This document shows positions 23,470 to 32,395 of a stretch of 64,000 nucleotides of DNA, one piece after another. Source of the DNA: a virus. The DNA lies in the IMG/VR virus record IMGVR_UViG_3300025035_000013, positions 24,627-88,626 of that record, one strand, 5' to 3'. The notes under the pieces were generated by a model, which was given only the letters and a program-made list of their open reading frames with translations, was not told the DNA's origin and did no database searches. Position numbers and translations under genes: made by a program. Within the stretch, counting starts at the first letter, position 1. The number at the start of each line of letters is the position of its first letter.

Positions 23470-24384
23470 TCAAAATCTGATGTTAGGATTGCCAACCTGA
23501 AAAACTTTAAGCCCCATTGCTCTCCAGTTATCACACACGCTAGGCCTATCATCGATAACGAATTGACAATTGTAATTCGGAGCAATATCTCTCCAGAAAA
23601 TTTCCTCTTTCACAACTGTATCTTTTCTCATATCACCTGTTGCTCGCATGAGTAACGTATCAAAAAAAATGTCATTATAATCGAGCCACTTTTCTGTTTC
23701 TGGTCTACAGATGCCATCTCTCCCAGAAAGAATTATAACAGTATCTTCCACTGGCATGTTATTTACCAAAAACTTTACTTGTTCATCACAATCATCCAGC
23801 CCGACTTTATCCCATTCAAACGCCCCGCGCTTACCATTCATGTGAGCCAATGTTCCATCTACATCAACCAAGATAGCCCTTGGTTTTGTGACGTCTGCAA
23901 CATACTGCCGAGTACTTGGAAATTCTTTAGTAAATTGTTCATACTGCTTCCAAATAACCTGATGACCGACAGTATCGCGGCGGCGCTCGTCACGCTTAAT
24001 TGCTTCCATCACATCAATATGGAAGACTTTGAACTCAACAGTATATCCAAGTTCTTCAAGTTTTGTATGCAGCAGTGACCGATATTTAATATTCAAATTC
24101 GTATCACCAATAATGATGTTTGCTTTCATCTTTGCGCAGTCATCAATTATTTCATTCACCATTTCAGTGACTTTGTTTTCATTTTCTTTTGTGAATTTCC
24201 AGAGGGACCAGAAGTTATCGCTAGAATTATCATCATCAAATCCAAGCAGGCGCTTGCGCATAATATCACGTTCAATTCTAACGAAGTAATCATATTCCCG
24301 CTTTGCAATTTCGGTGGTTTTGCCCGACCCCGAAATACCAATTGCAATAATAGCCCTTTTCACGTATTTCTCCTCGTACCACAT
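23470..24384 (-). CDS. pseT: polynucleotide 5'-kinase / 3'-phosphatase (T4 PseT)
   Basis: P-loop GISGSGKT and HAD motifs DVDGT, SGR, DDR. Confidence 0.92.
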   Translation of the reverse strand: MWYEEKYVKRAIIAIGISGSGKTTEIAKREYDYFVRIERDIMRKRLLGFDDDNSSDNFWSLWKFTKENENKVTEMVNEIIDDCAKMKANIIIGDTNLNIKYRSLLHTKLEELGYTVEFKVFHIDVMEAIKRDERRRDTVGHQVIWKQYEQFTKEFPSTRQYVADVTKPRAILVDVDGTLAHMNGKRGAFEWDKVGLDDCDEQVKFLVNNMPVEDTVIILSGRDGICRPETEKWLDYNDIFFDTLLMRATGDMRKDTVVKEEIFWRDIAPNYNCQFVIDDRPSVCDNWRAMGLKVFQVGNPNIRF

Positions 24385-24447
24385 TTATCGATATAATCAT
24401 TAAAACACATGCTGATAAAATGTCAAATGTCTATACAAACCAATGAC

Positions 24448-24735
24448 TTATGCTGCATAGGGCTGAAGTTCAAAAATGAATGAACTGTCGGCATCGATCC
24501 GAATATTCGTGACTTTACGCCCATTCAACAAAGAACCGACTGAAATGAATGGACCTCCAGATGGGTCCACAAATCCCAAATCATTTGTGTCAATTTCAGC
24601 CTGCCCGTCTTTACCACCATATCTCCAGTGTTTCAAGTCACCTACTATTTTAAACTCATCATTGTTAATTTTTTGAAAAGAATACTCAACTCCCTCGCGA
24701 TTTTTCATTGGTCGACCTCCTTGTGATGACGGCAT
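24448..24735 (-). CDS. small hypothetical protein
   Basis: GGAGG RBS before MKNREG; GFVDPSGGPFI motif. Confidence 0.65.
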   Translation of the reverse strand: MPSSQGGRPMKNREGVEYSFQKINNDEFKIVGDLKHWRYGGKDGQAEIDTNDLGFVDPSGGPFISVGSLLNGRKVTNIRIDADSSFIFELQPYAA

Positions 24736-24750
24736 AGAACAACGGCAAGA

Positions 24751-25863
24751 CTAAGTCAATCTAGTCTTTAGCCATTCTGCTCTTTTGTTAACTGGAAACT
24801 TATTGAATTCATGTAACACGTCATTAACATTTGCGCTGCGGGCCTTAAACATTACGCAACTTAAAGGCAAGTCCTTAATCGCAATAGCAAAGTCCTTTTG
24901 TGATTCAATGGTCTTGAATTTACAATAATTATCTGTGAGTTCATTTTGTATAACTGCATACATTGATTGTGCTTCATTGAACTTATGTGTATCTTCAGGA
25001 AACGTAGCTAAGTATTCATCCACTTCGCGCGTGACGATAAGTTCACATACTGAATTCAAAGTCAAACCATTGCCACGGAGGCGATGGATTGCAAGATATG
25101 TAGGCGACTTTATTTTAACACGTGTTTTTGTTTTTGTGTTATATACAACAAACCCTTCCTTGAGTCCAGTCAATTCACCAAGCACTTTGAGACAATCATC
25201 TTGAGTATTAAATGAAAACACCTCAACAGGTCGGACATTCCAATTAAGCAAAGCGTTATGTACTTCCTGATTACCAATAAGATATTCATTGCCGGTTGCA
25301 TTTTCTACACTAGATAGAAATACCAGCATATTTTCTCCATACGGAGTTACTATGCGATTATCTTTCCCGATACACTCGAACAAGTATGTGTATTCCTTGT
25401 TCAGCAATTCCGTGCAGTCTTCTTGAAATTCTGCTTCTGTTCGGCCCATAGCTGATAGCATAAAATCTCGGAATGTCCCGAAGAATTCTTTCGGTCCTTC
25501 TGCAAAAGCAGTTCCGCGAGTACCGATTTCCCACTTCCCTGTTGGGAGGCAAAAGTACGTAAACATGAGTGAGCCGTCGGCTTTCTCAAATGTGATTGAA
25601 TTTTGAAAGTCGAATGTGTCGACCCCATTCTCACCCAAATTGTAAAAACGCGGCATGCCATTGCGAATAATAGAACCGTCATATCCAATTAGCAATCCTC
25701 GGCAAAGATTTACTATTGGATGATTCTTGATTGCTTCGATTTGATTATAGTTCAAAAGAACCATACCCAAATCTTCATAATGCTTCATGTCAATGCCGAG
25801 TTCAGTGAACTCTGCCCATCGTTTATTCAGCACAATATCAGATATTTTTTTCAAATTTGTCAT
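24751..25863 (-). CDS. rnlA: RNA ligase 1 (T4 RnlA-like)
   Basis: CRG, F-N, EKADGS adenylation motif, FE---NRIV--Y, EGFVV, KIKS--Y. Confidence 0.9.
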   Translation of the reverse strand: MTNLKKISDIVLNKRWAEFTELGIDMKHYEDLGMVLLNYNQIEAIKNHPIVNLCRGLLIGYDGSIIRNGMPRFYNLGENGVDTFDFQNSITFEKADGSLMFTYFCLPTGKWEIGTRGTAFAEGPKEFFGTFRDFMLSAMGRTEAEFQEDCTELLNKEYTYLFECIGKDNRIVTPYGENMLVFLSSVENATGNEYLIGNQEVHNALLNWNVRPVEVFSFNTQDDCLKVLGELTGLKEGFVVYNTKTKTRVKIKSPTYLAIHRLRGNGLTLNSVCELIVTREVDEYLATFPEDTHKFNEAQSMYAVIQNELTDNYCKFKTIESQKDFAIAIKDLPLSCVMFKARSANVNDVLHEFNKFPVNKRAEWLKTRLT

Positions 25864-25884
25864 TATTAAAATTCACCAAATTAT

Positions 25885-26022
25885 CTATGATTCTCGTATC
25901 TGTTCTCGGATGTTCTTCTTTTGGGCAAGACGTTCAGTTTTCCAAAACACCCGTTTAAAATCTTTTAGGTGTTTCCACCATTGAGGCGATTTTGTAAGGT
26001 TACCTTGTTTAACATTAGCCAT
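25885..26022 (-). CDS. 45-aa basic protein (MANVKQGNLTKSPQWWKHLK...), not in the ORF track
   Basis: Manual translation; GAGG RBS upstream. Confidence 0.55.
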   Translation of the reverse strand: MANVKQGNLTKSPQWWKHLKDFKRVFWKTERLAQKKNIREQIRES

Positions 26023-26023
26023 A

Positions 26024-26275
26024 TTAGTCCTCTACCGAAGTACGAAACGATTCAATCTCAATGTTCGAAGGATATCCTTCAACAAGCAAGGAAGCTCGAG
26101 CTTCCTTTACTGTCATACTCTTCGGGAAAAACACTTCGTCAAAATATTGTCCATCAATAAAAATTAAAAAACCATTCATGACTATTCTCCTTTCAAAGCC
26201 CTTGTAAACGAAACCATGCTTCAACAAAAAGGGAAAAAATCCCAGTAAAAAACAATGTGCATCCGATAGCATCAA
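26024..26275 (-). CDS. small hypothetical protein
   Basis: Probable start at internal MNGFL with GGAG RBS. Confidence 0.55.
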   Translation of the reverse strand: MMLSDAHCFLLGFFPFLLKHGFVYKGFERRIVMNGFLIFIDGQYFDEVFFPKSMTVKEARASLLVEGYPSNIEIESFRTSVED

Positions 26276-26485
26276 TCCAGTTTTTCATCATCTACTCCCT
26301 TATTCGATAATGTATTATCAATCATTTGCAATTAAATGTCAAATCTTATTTAAAATGAATGGGTTATGAGGTGTAATAGTCTACATTTTGAGATTATCCT
26401 TCATGATAAGATTATATCAATGTTTAAAAACATTGTTTTGTTGACCTTATCACGGAATGACACGCTTCGTGATATGGTTCTCCAG

Positions 26486-26722
26486 CTATTTGCGGTCGCC
26501 ATTGCCGGCGGTCATAGAGGAAAACAAAACATCCTCAAGTCTTGTTATTTGCTTGTTTAGGGATTTTATCGTTTTAGTTGCCATTTTCAGCCGCTGTTTC
26601 AACTCGATAACTTCTACTTGTATCGCCGCCTGTTCGAAGGCAGATAGTGCTTTATGCTCGCTCATTTCTAATCTCCTTGTCTGCCGCAGCGGGTGCAACA
26701 TCACGGTTTCGTCAATCATCAT
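26486..26722 (-). CDS. small coiled-coil hypothetical protein
   Basis: GGAG RBS before MSEHK; heptad pattern. Confidence 0.55.
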   Translation of the reverse strand: MMIDETVMLHPLRQTRRLEMSEHKALSAFEQAAIQVEVIELKQRLKMATKTIKSLNKQITRLEDVLFSSMTAGNGDRK

Positions 26723-27087
26723 TTAGTATCAGGTGCAATGCGCATTTTACCGCCGCGAAAATCATCGAATGATTTCTTATCTGCATCAGAGTATACGTCT
26801 GGGCAGATTACGTCGCTTTGCAGTGCCTCAAAGGCTTCATCAGCTGTTGCGAATATGCCGTCGGCGCGCCATGCGAAGTAATACACCCGGCCGAAAACAA
26901 AATCATTACCTCCACGGTCAACAAAAAATACACGTTCATCATTGCAGGAATTTAGTTTGCGTTCAATCACAATCCCGATATTCACTGCCGGCTTGAATTT
27001 GGTACCATTCAACCCCGATTCTCCCACTGTTGCAAAATTCGAACATGCTTGGAATACAATTTGGCCTTTTTCAAATTCAGTGTTCAT
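26719..27087 (-). CDS. hypothetical protein
   Basis: Intact ORF with GGAG RBS. Confidence 0.65.
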   Translation of the reverse strand: MNTEFEKGQIVFQACSNFATVGESGLNGTKFKPAVNIGIVIERKLNSCNDERVFFVDRGGNDFVFGRVYYFAWRADGIFATADEAFEALQSDVICPDVYSDADKKSFDDFRGGKMRIAPDTK

Positions 27088-27105
27088 TCCATTCTCCTTT
27101 GTTCA

Positions 27106-27660
27106 TTAAAATGATGGGATTACAACATTGAACATCTTGCAACCGAAAGATTCTTGCATGATTTTCTTTACTTTATTGTAACTTATATCAGTTGCAACAA
27201 TTGATTTATTGATGAATCCATTATAGCATTGTGAGTCTTTGTTCCAAAGAACATCATAGATACCGACAAATTCTTTATCTTGCTTAATAATCTTGGTTGG
27301 CTCGTTTATTGCACCAACTGTCAATTTCATGTCGTGGTATCTGTTCTGTTCGCATCCAAGTGCTTCCATGAATTTTTTCCACTCTCTACCATGTCCACCT
27401 TTACCATTTGCTTGAGGATAGTACTTCGCTGTGTACATGTGTGCAATTTCATGAGGAACAGTACGAGATAAAATGCGGTCGGTATGTTTTTCGAGATAAT
27501 CTATGCTTATCTCGAATCTATCGTACCCCCACGCCCTGCCAGCAACTCCTTTTGGCAATTTACATATAGAAAATGGAGTATGAATCTTTGCAAAACCAAG
27601 AGCTAATAGCTTTTCTTGAATCTCTTCAGTTTTTGTTTGAATTAAGTCTCTATAACTCAT
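27106..27660 (-). CDS. SprT-like zinc metalloprotease
   Basis: AG-A, TVPHEIAH, HG-EWK--M--LG, H motifs. Confidence 0.85.
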   Translation of the reverse strand: MSYRDLIQTKTEEIQEKLLALGFAKIHTPFSICKLPKGVAGRAWGYDRFEISIDYLEKHTDRILSRTVPHEIAHMYTAKYYPQANGKGGHGREWKKFMEALGCEQNRYHDMKLTVGAINEPTKIIKQDKEFVGIYDVLWNKDSQCYNGFINKSIVATDISYNKVKKIMQESFGCKMFNVVIPSF

Positions 27661-27758
27661 GATTTAATTATTTCTCACCATATCAACCATATTACTATGA
27701 TAATATTGATACATTTAATTGTCAAATGTAATGATAAATCAATCACTTACAACCATCG

Positions 27759-27944
27759 TTATTTGTTTTTGTAATCTGTCTGGTAGAATCCAGTACCCTT
27801 AAAAATGATACCAGAAGTTGATAGTATTCGTTTCAAACCGTCTTTATCGCAATTAGGACATCTGACTGGAATTTCAGACATTTTGTGAAGAACATCTTTT
27901 ATTTCAAAGCCACACTGTATACAAATGAAGTCGTTAATAGGCAT
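27759..27944 (-). CDS. FmdB-family zinc-ribbon protein
   Basis: MP---F-C--CG...CP-C...FKGTGFYQTDY. Confidence 0.85.
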   Translation of the reverse strand: MPINDFICIQCGFEIKDVLHKMSEIPVRCPNCDKDGLKRILSTSGIIFKGTGFYQTDYKNK

Positions 27945-27970
27945 AATTCAACACAATAGAGTTCTTCATT

Positions 27971-28168
27971 TTACTGATATTCAGCTACAATATCAAAAGG
28001 ATGTTCATGCTGTAAAGTATAATTACCTTCTGCTGTATACACAAAAATAGTACCGCTCATAAGTTCAGCAACAACAGGAAATGCTTCATTATTTCTATCT
28101 ACAGCAAGTATTCTTCTTACGATATTGTTATTTCTTGTTTTATAGGATTTATCTAATTCAAGTTTCAT
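27971..28168 (-). CDS. small hypothetical protein
   Basis: L-L-KSYKTR...YT-EG pattern; GGAG RBS. Confidence 0.65.
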   Translation of the reverse strand: MKLELDKSYKTRNNNIVRRILAVDRNNEAFPVVAELMSGTIFVYTAEGNYTLQHEHPFDIVAEYQ

Positions 28169-28196
28169 TTGGACTCCATTTCAAAGTAATTAATAA

Positions 28197-28430
28197 TTAC
28201 CTTCTTTAATAGATTAATCTTTACCTTCTTTAATAGATAGGATTAATTAATTCTTTACCTTCTTTAATTGATTAATCTTTACCTTCTTTAATTGATTAAT
28301 TCTTTACCTTCTTTAATTAATTAATTCTTTACCTTCTTTAATTGATTAATTCTTTACCTTCTTTAATTAATTAATTCTTTACCTTCTTTAATTGATTAAT
28401 TCTTTACCTTCTTTAATTGATTAATCTAAT
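28197..28430. repeat. AT-rich tandem array of nine ~25-bp units (TCTTTACCTTCTTTAATTRATTAAT)
   Basis: Core TTACCTTCTTTAAT at 28197, 28221, 28255, 28279, 28304, 28329, 28354, 28379, 28404. Confidence 0.95.
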
Positions 28431-28444
28431 CTAAAGATTAATTA

Positions 28445-28800
28445 ATTGTTTCCAGAGAGTAGAGGACATGGTTAGGCTAGCAGAACCTAACCACATTTTT
28501 CCGTCGAATGTCGGAGTGATGGTCTAAAAGATTCAACCATGTGTCAAATGGTAAAGTCTGCGAGTGTGAAGACTTTTTACGATGCTGGCATATCTCGCGC
28601 CTACAGCTAATACCACCCTCTTTTAACAAAGTGTCGCTGATTCCCGGTTGCAACCATAGCATTTCCGGAGCTTTTTATTTCACTTTTTGTCTATACCAGT
28701 GATGATGTTCTTTAGCAAAAAGCCAGGCATCATTTGGGGCATAATCTGCTTATGCCTGCGGTAGACTGTTCATACTAAGACATTTAGGAGAATTTTACAA
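28445..28800 (-). ncRNA. candidate structured non-coding RNA / origin transcript
   Basis: No credible ORF; series of hairpins such as GGCATAA/TTATGCC, AAAGTC/GACTTT and TGGTTAGG/CCTAACCA. Confidence 0.4.
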
Positions 28801-28802
28801 AT

Positions 28803-28897
28803 GATAAATAGTATTGTGATGTAGGACAATGGATGCAATATCCACTGGATTTGAATCTCCTAAAGTTCATCAAATCCTAACTACATCACTATTTATC
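28803..28897. promoter_or_regulatory. inverted-repeat element carrying convergent GATAAATA boxes
   Basis: GATAAATAG..TGATGTAG (28803) mirrored by CTACATCA-CTATTTATC (28881-28897). Confidence 0.5.
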
Positions 28898-28914
28898 ACA
28901 ATCGCGAGTCTCAA

Positions 28915-29115
28915 TCACATATTTTCTTCAATAGTCAAAGGGCCAACGACTTCAACATGTGTTGATGTCTTGGTTAATTTCTTTTCACTCATGGCTCTTG
29001 CAAAGTCTTCGCCATTAAACGTATATTTAGCCCTTTGGTCAAACACACAATCCGGTCGACCAATGTGTTGTATATCGCTGTGATAGCCAGTAGAACTCAT
29101 AATTTCTTTTTTCAT
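28915..29115 (-). CDS. small hypothetical protein
   Basis: Intact ORF coupled to the upstream stop. Confidence 0.6.
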   Translation of the reverse strand: MKKEIMSSTGYHSDIQHIGRPDCVFDQRAKYTFNGEDFARAMSEKKLTKTSTHVEVVGPLTIEENM

Positions 29116-29116
29116 T

Positions 29117-30070
29117 TTAAATTTCCTTTTTTTGGTTTTTCACCATCTTTGTTATAAAATCGTCTTTGCGCTCTTCTTTTAACTCTTCTCTTTTCACACA
29201 AACCATGCCATACTCATTTATCTTATTTGGTATAATAATATCAGGGATACGTTGTAATCTATTTTTCTTAAATACATTATAATCTACATGATGATGAGGC
29301 CTATCATATTTCGTGACCAATCTAGTAACATCTGGGTGCATATCAAAAAGCATTTGAGATTTTGGTGTAGTTCCTTCTTTTGCATAAAATTCTGCTGTAT
29401 TCCCACCTTTCACTGCCTGTGTTACGATTTTGCCCTGTAAGAATGCATTAAATTGTACAGTGCACAAGCCGTCTTTCAGCATCCTAAGTGAAATATCAGT
29501 ATCTTCGTTATAACGACCTCTCCATCTATAAGGGGTACCGCATTCAATCAGATTACAGGAATAAATGCGAGTATTCATAATAATCGGTGGATTTTTTTTG
29601 CCACAAGGAACAGCAAAAGAAAAATAATTAGGCCCACACATAGGCAGATTAGTATATCTATCATTAAAATCTTCCATTGCCCGGAATAATGCTCCACTCA
29701 GACACACTATCCTAGAGTTATTATTGAATCGATAAAATCCATTGATGTTATCATCCATGACCCAGTGACGTTTAAATCCATTCGATTTTGCATGTTCCCA
29801 TACAAAATTTCTAGCAGGACCTGGCCCCTTACTCTTAGTGTATCCTAAATCATCAAATGTGTCATATTCATCTTGAAATTTCTTGTCGAGTTCTAAAACT
29901 GTACCATATTTAGGATTTATTGCTGCCTCATATATATCTACTTCTTGTTTTTCTACGACAATATAATATGGCACATGCATTGCTTCTAGCGTTTTGGAAG
30001 TAAATCGACTATCAGCTCTTCCTTTTGACACAATGTAGAGTGGGTATTGTGGCATGTGTTCGTCAATCAT
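29117..30070 (-). CDS. GREB1-like / TET-associated glycosyltransferase (predicted DNA base glycosylation)
   Basis: YP-YIVSKGR, GPARNF-WEH, HWVMDDNI (DxD-like), RIYSC-LI, W-G-YNEDTD. Confidence 0.75.
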   Translation of the reverse strand: MIDEHMPQYPLYIVSKGRADSRFTSKTLEAMHVPYYIVVEKQEVDIYEAAINPKYGTVLELDKKFQDEYDTFDDLGYTKSKGPGPARNFVWEHAKSNGFKRHWVMDDNINGFYRFNNNSRIVCLSGALFRAMEDFNDRYTNLPMCGPNYFSFAVPCGKKNPPIIMNTRIYSCNLIECGTPYRWRGRYNEDTDISLRMLKDGLCTVQFNAFLQGKIVTQAVKGGNTAEFYAKEGTTPKSQMLFDMHPDVTRLVTKYDRPHHHVDYNVFKKNRLQRIPDIIIPNKINEYGMVCVKREELKEERKDDFITKMVKNQKKEI

Positions 30071-30369
30071 ACATCATCCTCATCTACATAAAATGCCCTA
30101 CGTTCTGGTAAAACTCCCTGTTTAGGATACCATACCGTTTTTGTTTTATGTGTCAATGGCTGACCAACCAATTCTGATAGTTTTTTTAGATGTTCTTCAT
30201 CCACTACTCTAAAAACAATAGTAGCAAAAGAATCGATATTATGCTGATTGAATTCTGGCATACCTACCCATTCTGTTTTTACTTGAGCTGCATCTATATT
30301 AGACTCAATAAAATCATCTAATGTTGCAGTATCAAATTTTGTATATCTGCCATGAATTTTAGTCATCAA
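30067..30369 (-). CDS. small partner protein of the glycosyltransferase
   Basis: W-GMPEF-Q...LVGQ-LT-KTK--WYP pattern; overlaps the GT start. Confidence 0.7.
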   Translation of the reverse strand: MMTKIHGRYTKFDTATLDDFIESNIDAAQVKTEWVGMPEFNQHNIDSFATIVFRVVDEEHLKKLSELVGQPLTHKTKTVWYPKQGVLPERRAFYVDEDDV

Positions 30370-30914
30370 TTTTCCTTAAAAACTTTTATAAGTGTTTCAG
30401 CCTGCGCAATTGCATCATTTAATGCATTATGATGACCAACCGCTCCCTTTCGTTCCAAGTCATTCCTCACATTCAATAATGTAAATACCGTTCTAGAATC
30501 CATTTCTTGAAAATATTTCCAACTTTTGTTTATGCCACACAATGTATAAGCACTTGATAAAATTCCTAGGTCGAACACACTCCCCTGCGCCCATACTAAT
30601 GTTTTTTTATCTTTACCAATGAATGTATTCAAATAATGCAGAACCTCGCTGATGGGTTTTGCATCATTTAAACATGACTTAAATACTGTCTCATCTTGTG
30701 TCATCCACCATTCGTATGTATCTTTTGCAAAATGCATACCAGCATTTAAACAGGATTCTATGTCAACATTGTGAAGGAATGATTCGCCGATACCGTCTTC
30801 AAATGTAAAAGAACACGCGCCGATTTGAATTATGATTGCATTTTGGCGAGAACTTAATGTCTCGATGTCAATCATAATATGTTTTCTACCTAAAATGCCA
30901 AGTTCCTCACTCAT
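30366..30914 (-). CDS. 3'-5' exonuclease (DEDDh, DUF5051/ExoVIII-like)
   Basis: MIDIETL, WAQG--FD--IL, D-RT, HNAL-DA. Confidence 0.85.
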   Translation of the reverse strand: MSEELGILGRKHIMIDIETLSSRQNAIIIQIGACSFTFEDGIGESFLHNVDIESCLNAGMHFAKDTYEWWMTQDETVFKSCLNDAKPISEVLHYLNTFIGKDKKTLVWAQGSVFDLGILSSAYTLCGINKSWKYFQEMDSRTVFTLLNVRNDLERKGAVGHHNALNDAIAQAETLIKVFKEN

Positions 30915-31429
30915 AATTGTCCCATTTCTTGATTTGTTATAACCATAATAAACGAATTTAGTTCTTCTGTCGACTTTTTTGAATTTTCATGAACAATACC
31001 ATAACCTCCGACTGATTCCCATTGCTGAATATTCAATTCAATATCGTCTATTAGCACATCAAATTTGTGTCGCTTGTGGTATTGTTTGTCTTGGGCGTAA
31101 GGACCAAAGTGTACTCTAATGTCAGGACTAATGTGAGTGTGAGCCCATTCTATCTTATCTTTTGCAGCAGATTCCATATTCATTCTTTGTGGCAATGCTG
31201 TAAGAATTTGCACTCTGTTTTTGTCGCCGATGATGTCTACACAATTGTTGTATAATTCTAACGCGTCTGCCATTGGTTTTAATTTGGCGAATAGATTCGA
31301 CGTGTTGCTTATAGCCCCCCAATTCGGCTTTTCAATTTCTGTTTTCCACTCTTCACCGAAATTTTCTATTGCCCATCCTCGAAAATCGGCCAAAACACCA
31401 TCCATATCTAGATAAATTATGCTTTTCAC
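30911..31429 (-). CDS. 5'(3')-deoxyribonucleotidase, HAD family
   Basis: IYLDMDGVLADF, ILTA, LIDD--NI-QW---GG. Confidence 0.85.
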   Translation of the reverse strand: MKSIIYLDMDGVLADFRGWAIENFGEEWKTEIEKPNWGAISNTSNLFAKLKPMADALELYNNCVDIIGDKNRVQILTALPQRMNMESAAKDKIEWAHTHISPDIRVHFGPYAQDKQYHKRHKFDVLIDDIELNIQQWESVGGYGIVHENSKKSTEELNSFIMVITNQEMGQL

Positions 31430-31436
31430 GGTTCAG

Positions 31437-32285
31437 TTACCTCACTTTCAATGTTTCGTGTACAACTAATCCTGATTGTTCTAACTTTTCTGATGTATAT
31501 CCACACGGATTTATAATTATTCTAGTTTTTTCAAAAAATGTATCTGACCCGTAATGTGTATGACCGGCGCACCACATTACAATATGCTCATTGCCAAGGA
31601 TTAACTCACTCAAATCGCTCATAAAATAATCATTGCCTTGAGTACCTTTAAATTTTGGGTCACTCAAAGTCAACAAAGGGAGGTGATGAGTAATAACAAT
31701 AATTTTCTTGTCTCGATTTTGTTCAATTACATGTTTGATGTACGCTCGGTGTTTAGAATGTGTTTGTACCCATTTTTCAGATGTAAATCTACTCCCAATA
31801 TCATATTGAATCTTTCCGTCATATCGCATGAACATAGGCATATTATACATGGATAACTCATTACAATTATTCATATCAGTCCAAAGAGTGCAACCGACAA
31901 ACAAATACTCACCGTCTTCCCATGTATCGCAGTCCAGTACTTTTACATTGTAACACCCTAAATCCTGCAACATAGCATTGCAGGTATCTCCACCACGCGT
32001 GATAGTCAGGGAGTTGTTTCCGGGCCAATAGTCGTGGTTGCCTAATACGATTAAGACGTTCTTGAAACGTGTTGAGACCTCTGTAATCCATGAATACCCC
32101 GCGAATTCAATAAATCTTGTGCCAATCCATAAATCCCCAGCAAGAATTAGAATTGTGTCTTTGTCATCAGGAAGCACAGGTGGCTTCCAGCATTTCACTT
32201 CACTGTTATTAGCATCAAATTGTATATCATCACTAAAGTACCAGTCCAACTACAAATGAATATCGCTATATACACGAATTTTCAT
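31437..32285 (-). CDS. calcineurin-like metallophosphoesterase with an in-frame TAG at codon 12
   Basis: MKIRVYSDIHL*LDW..., AGDL, GNHD, THH, GHTH; GAGG RBS before the ATG at 32285. Confidence 0.8.
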
Positions 32286-32395
32286 TTTTACACCTCACTT
32301 TCTGCTCTATAAGCTATCAAATTTAACATCATGCCCCATCTTATTATCATAACCAACATTATTTTAAATGTCAAACTGTCAAATGAATCAACAAC

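Noticed and set aside
24736-24753. Readthrough fusion of Rnl1 with the next in-frame ORF
   Set aside because: The downstream gene has its own strong GGAGG RBS, and Rnl1 is already full length
28197-28430. CRISPR array
   Set aside because: Repeats are head-to-tail with no unique spacers, and no cas operon is present; the exonuclease at 44717 is a common T4-type enzyme
28830-28870. tRNA-Sec (GATTCAAATCC resembles a UCA anticodon loop)
   Set aside because: No acceptor stem, T-arm or CCA can be built around it
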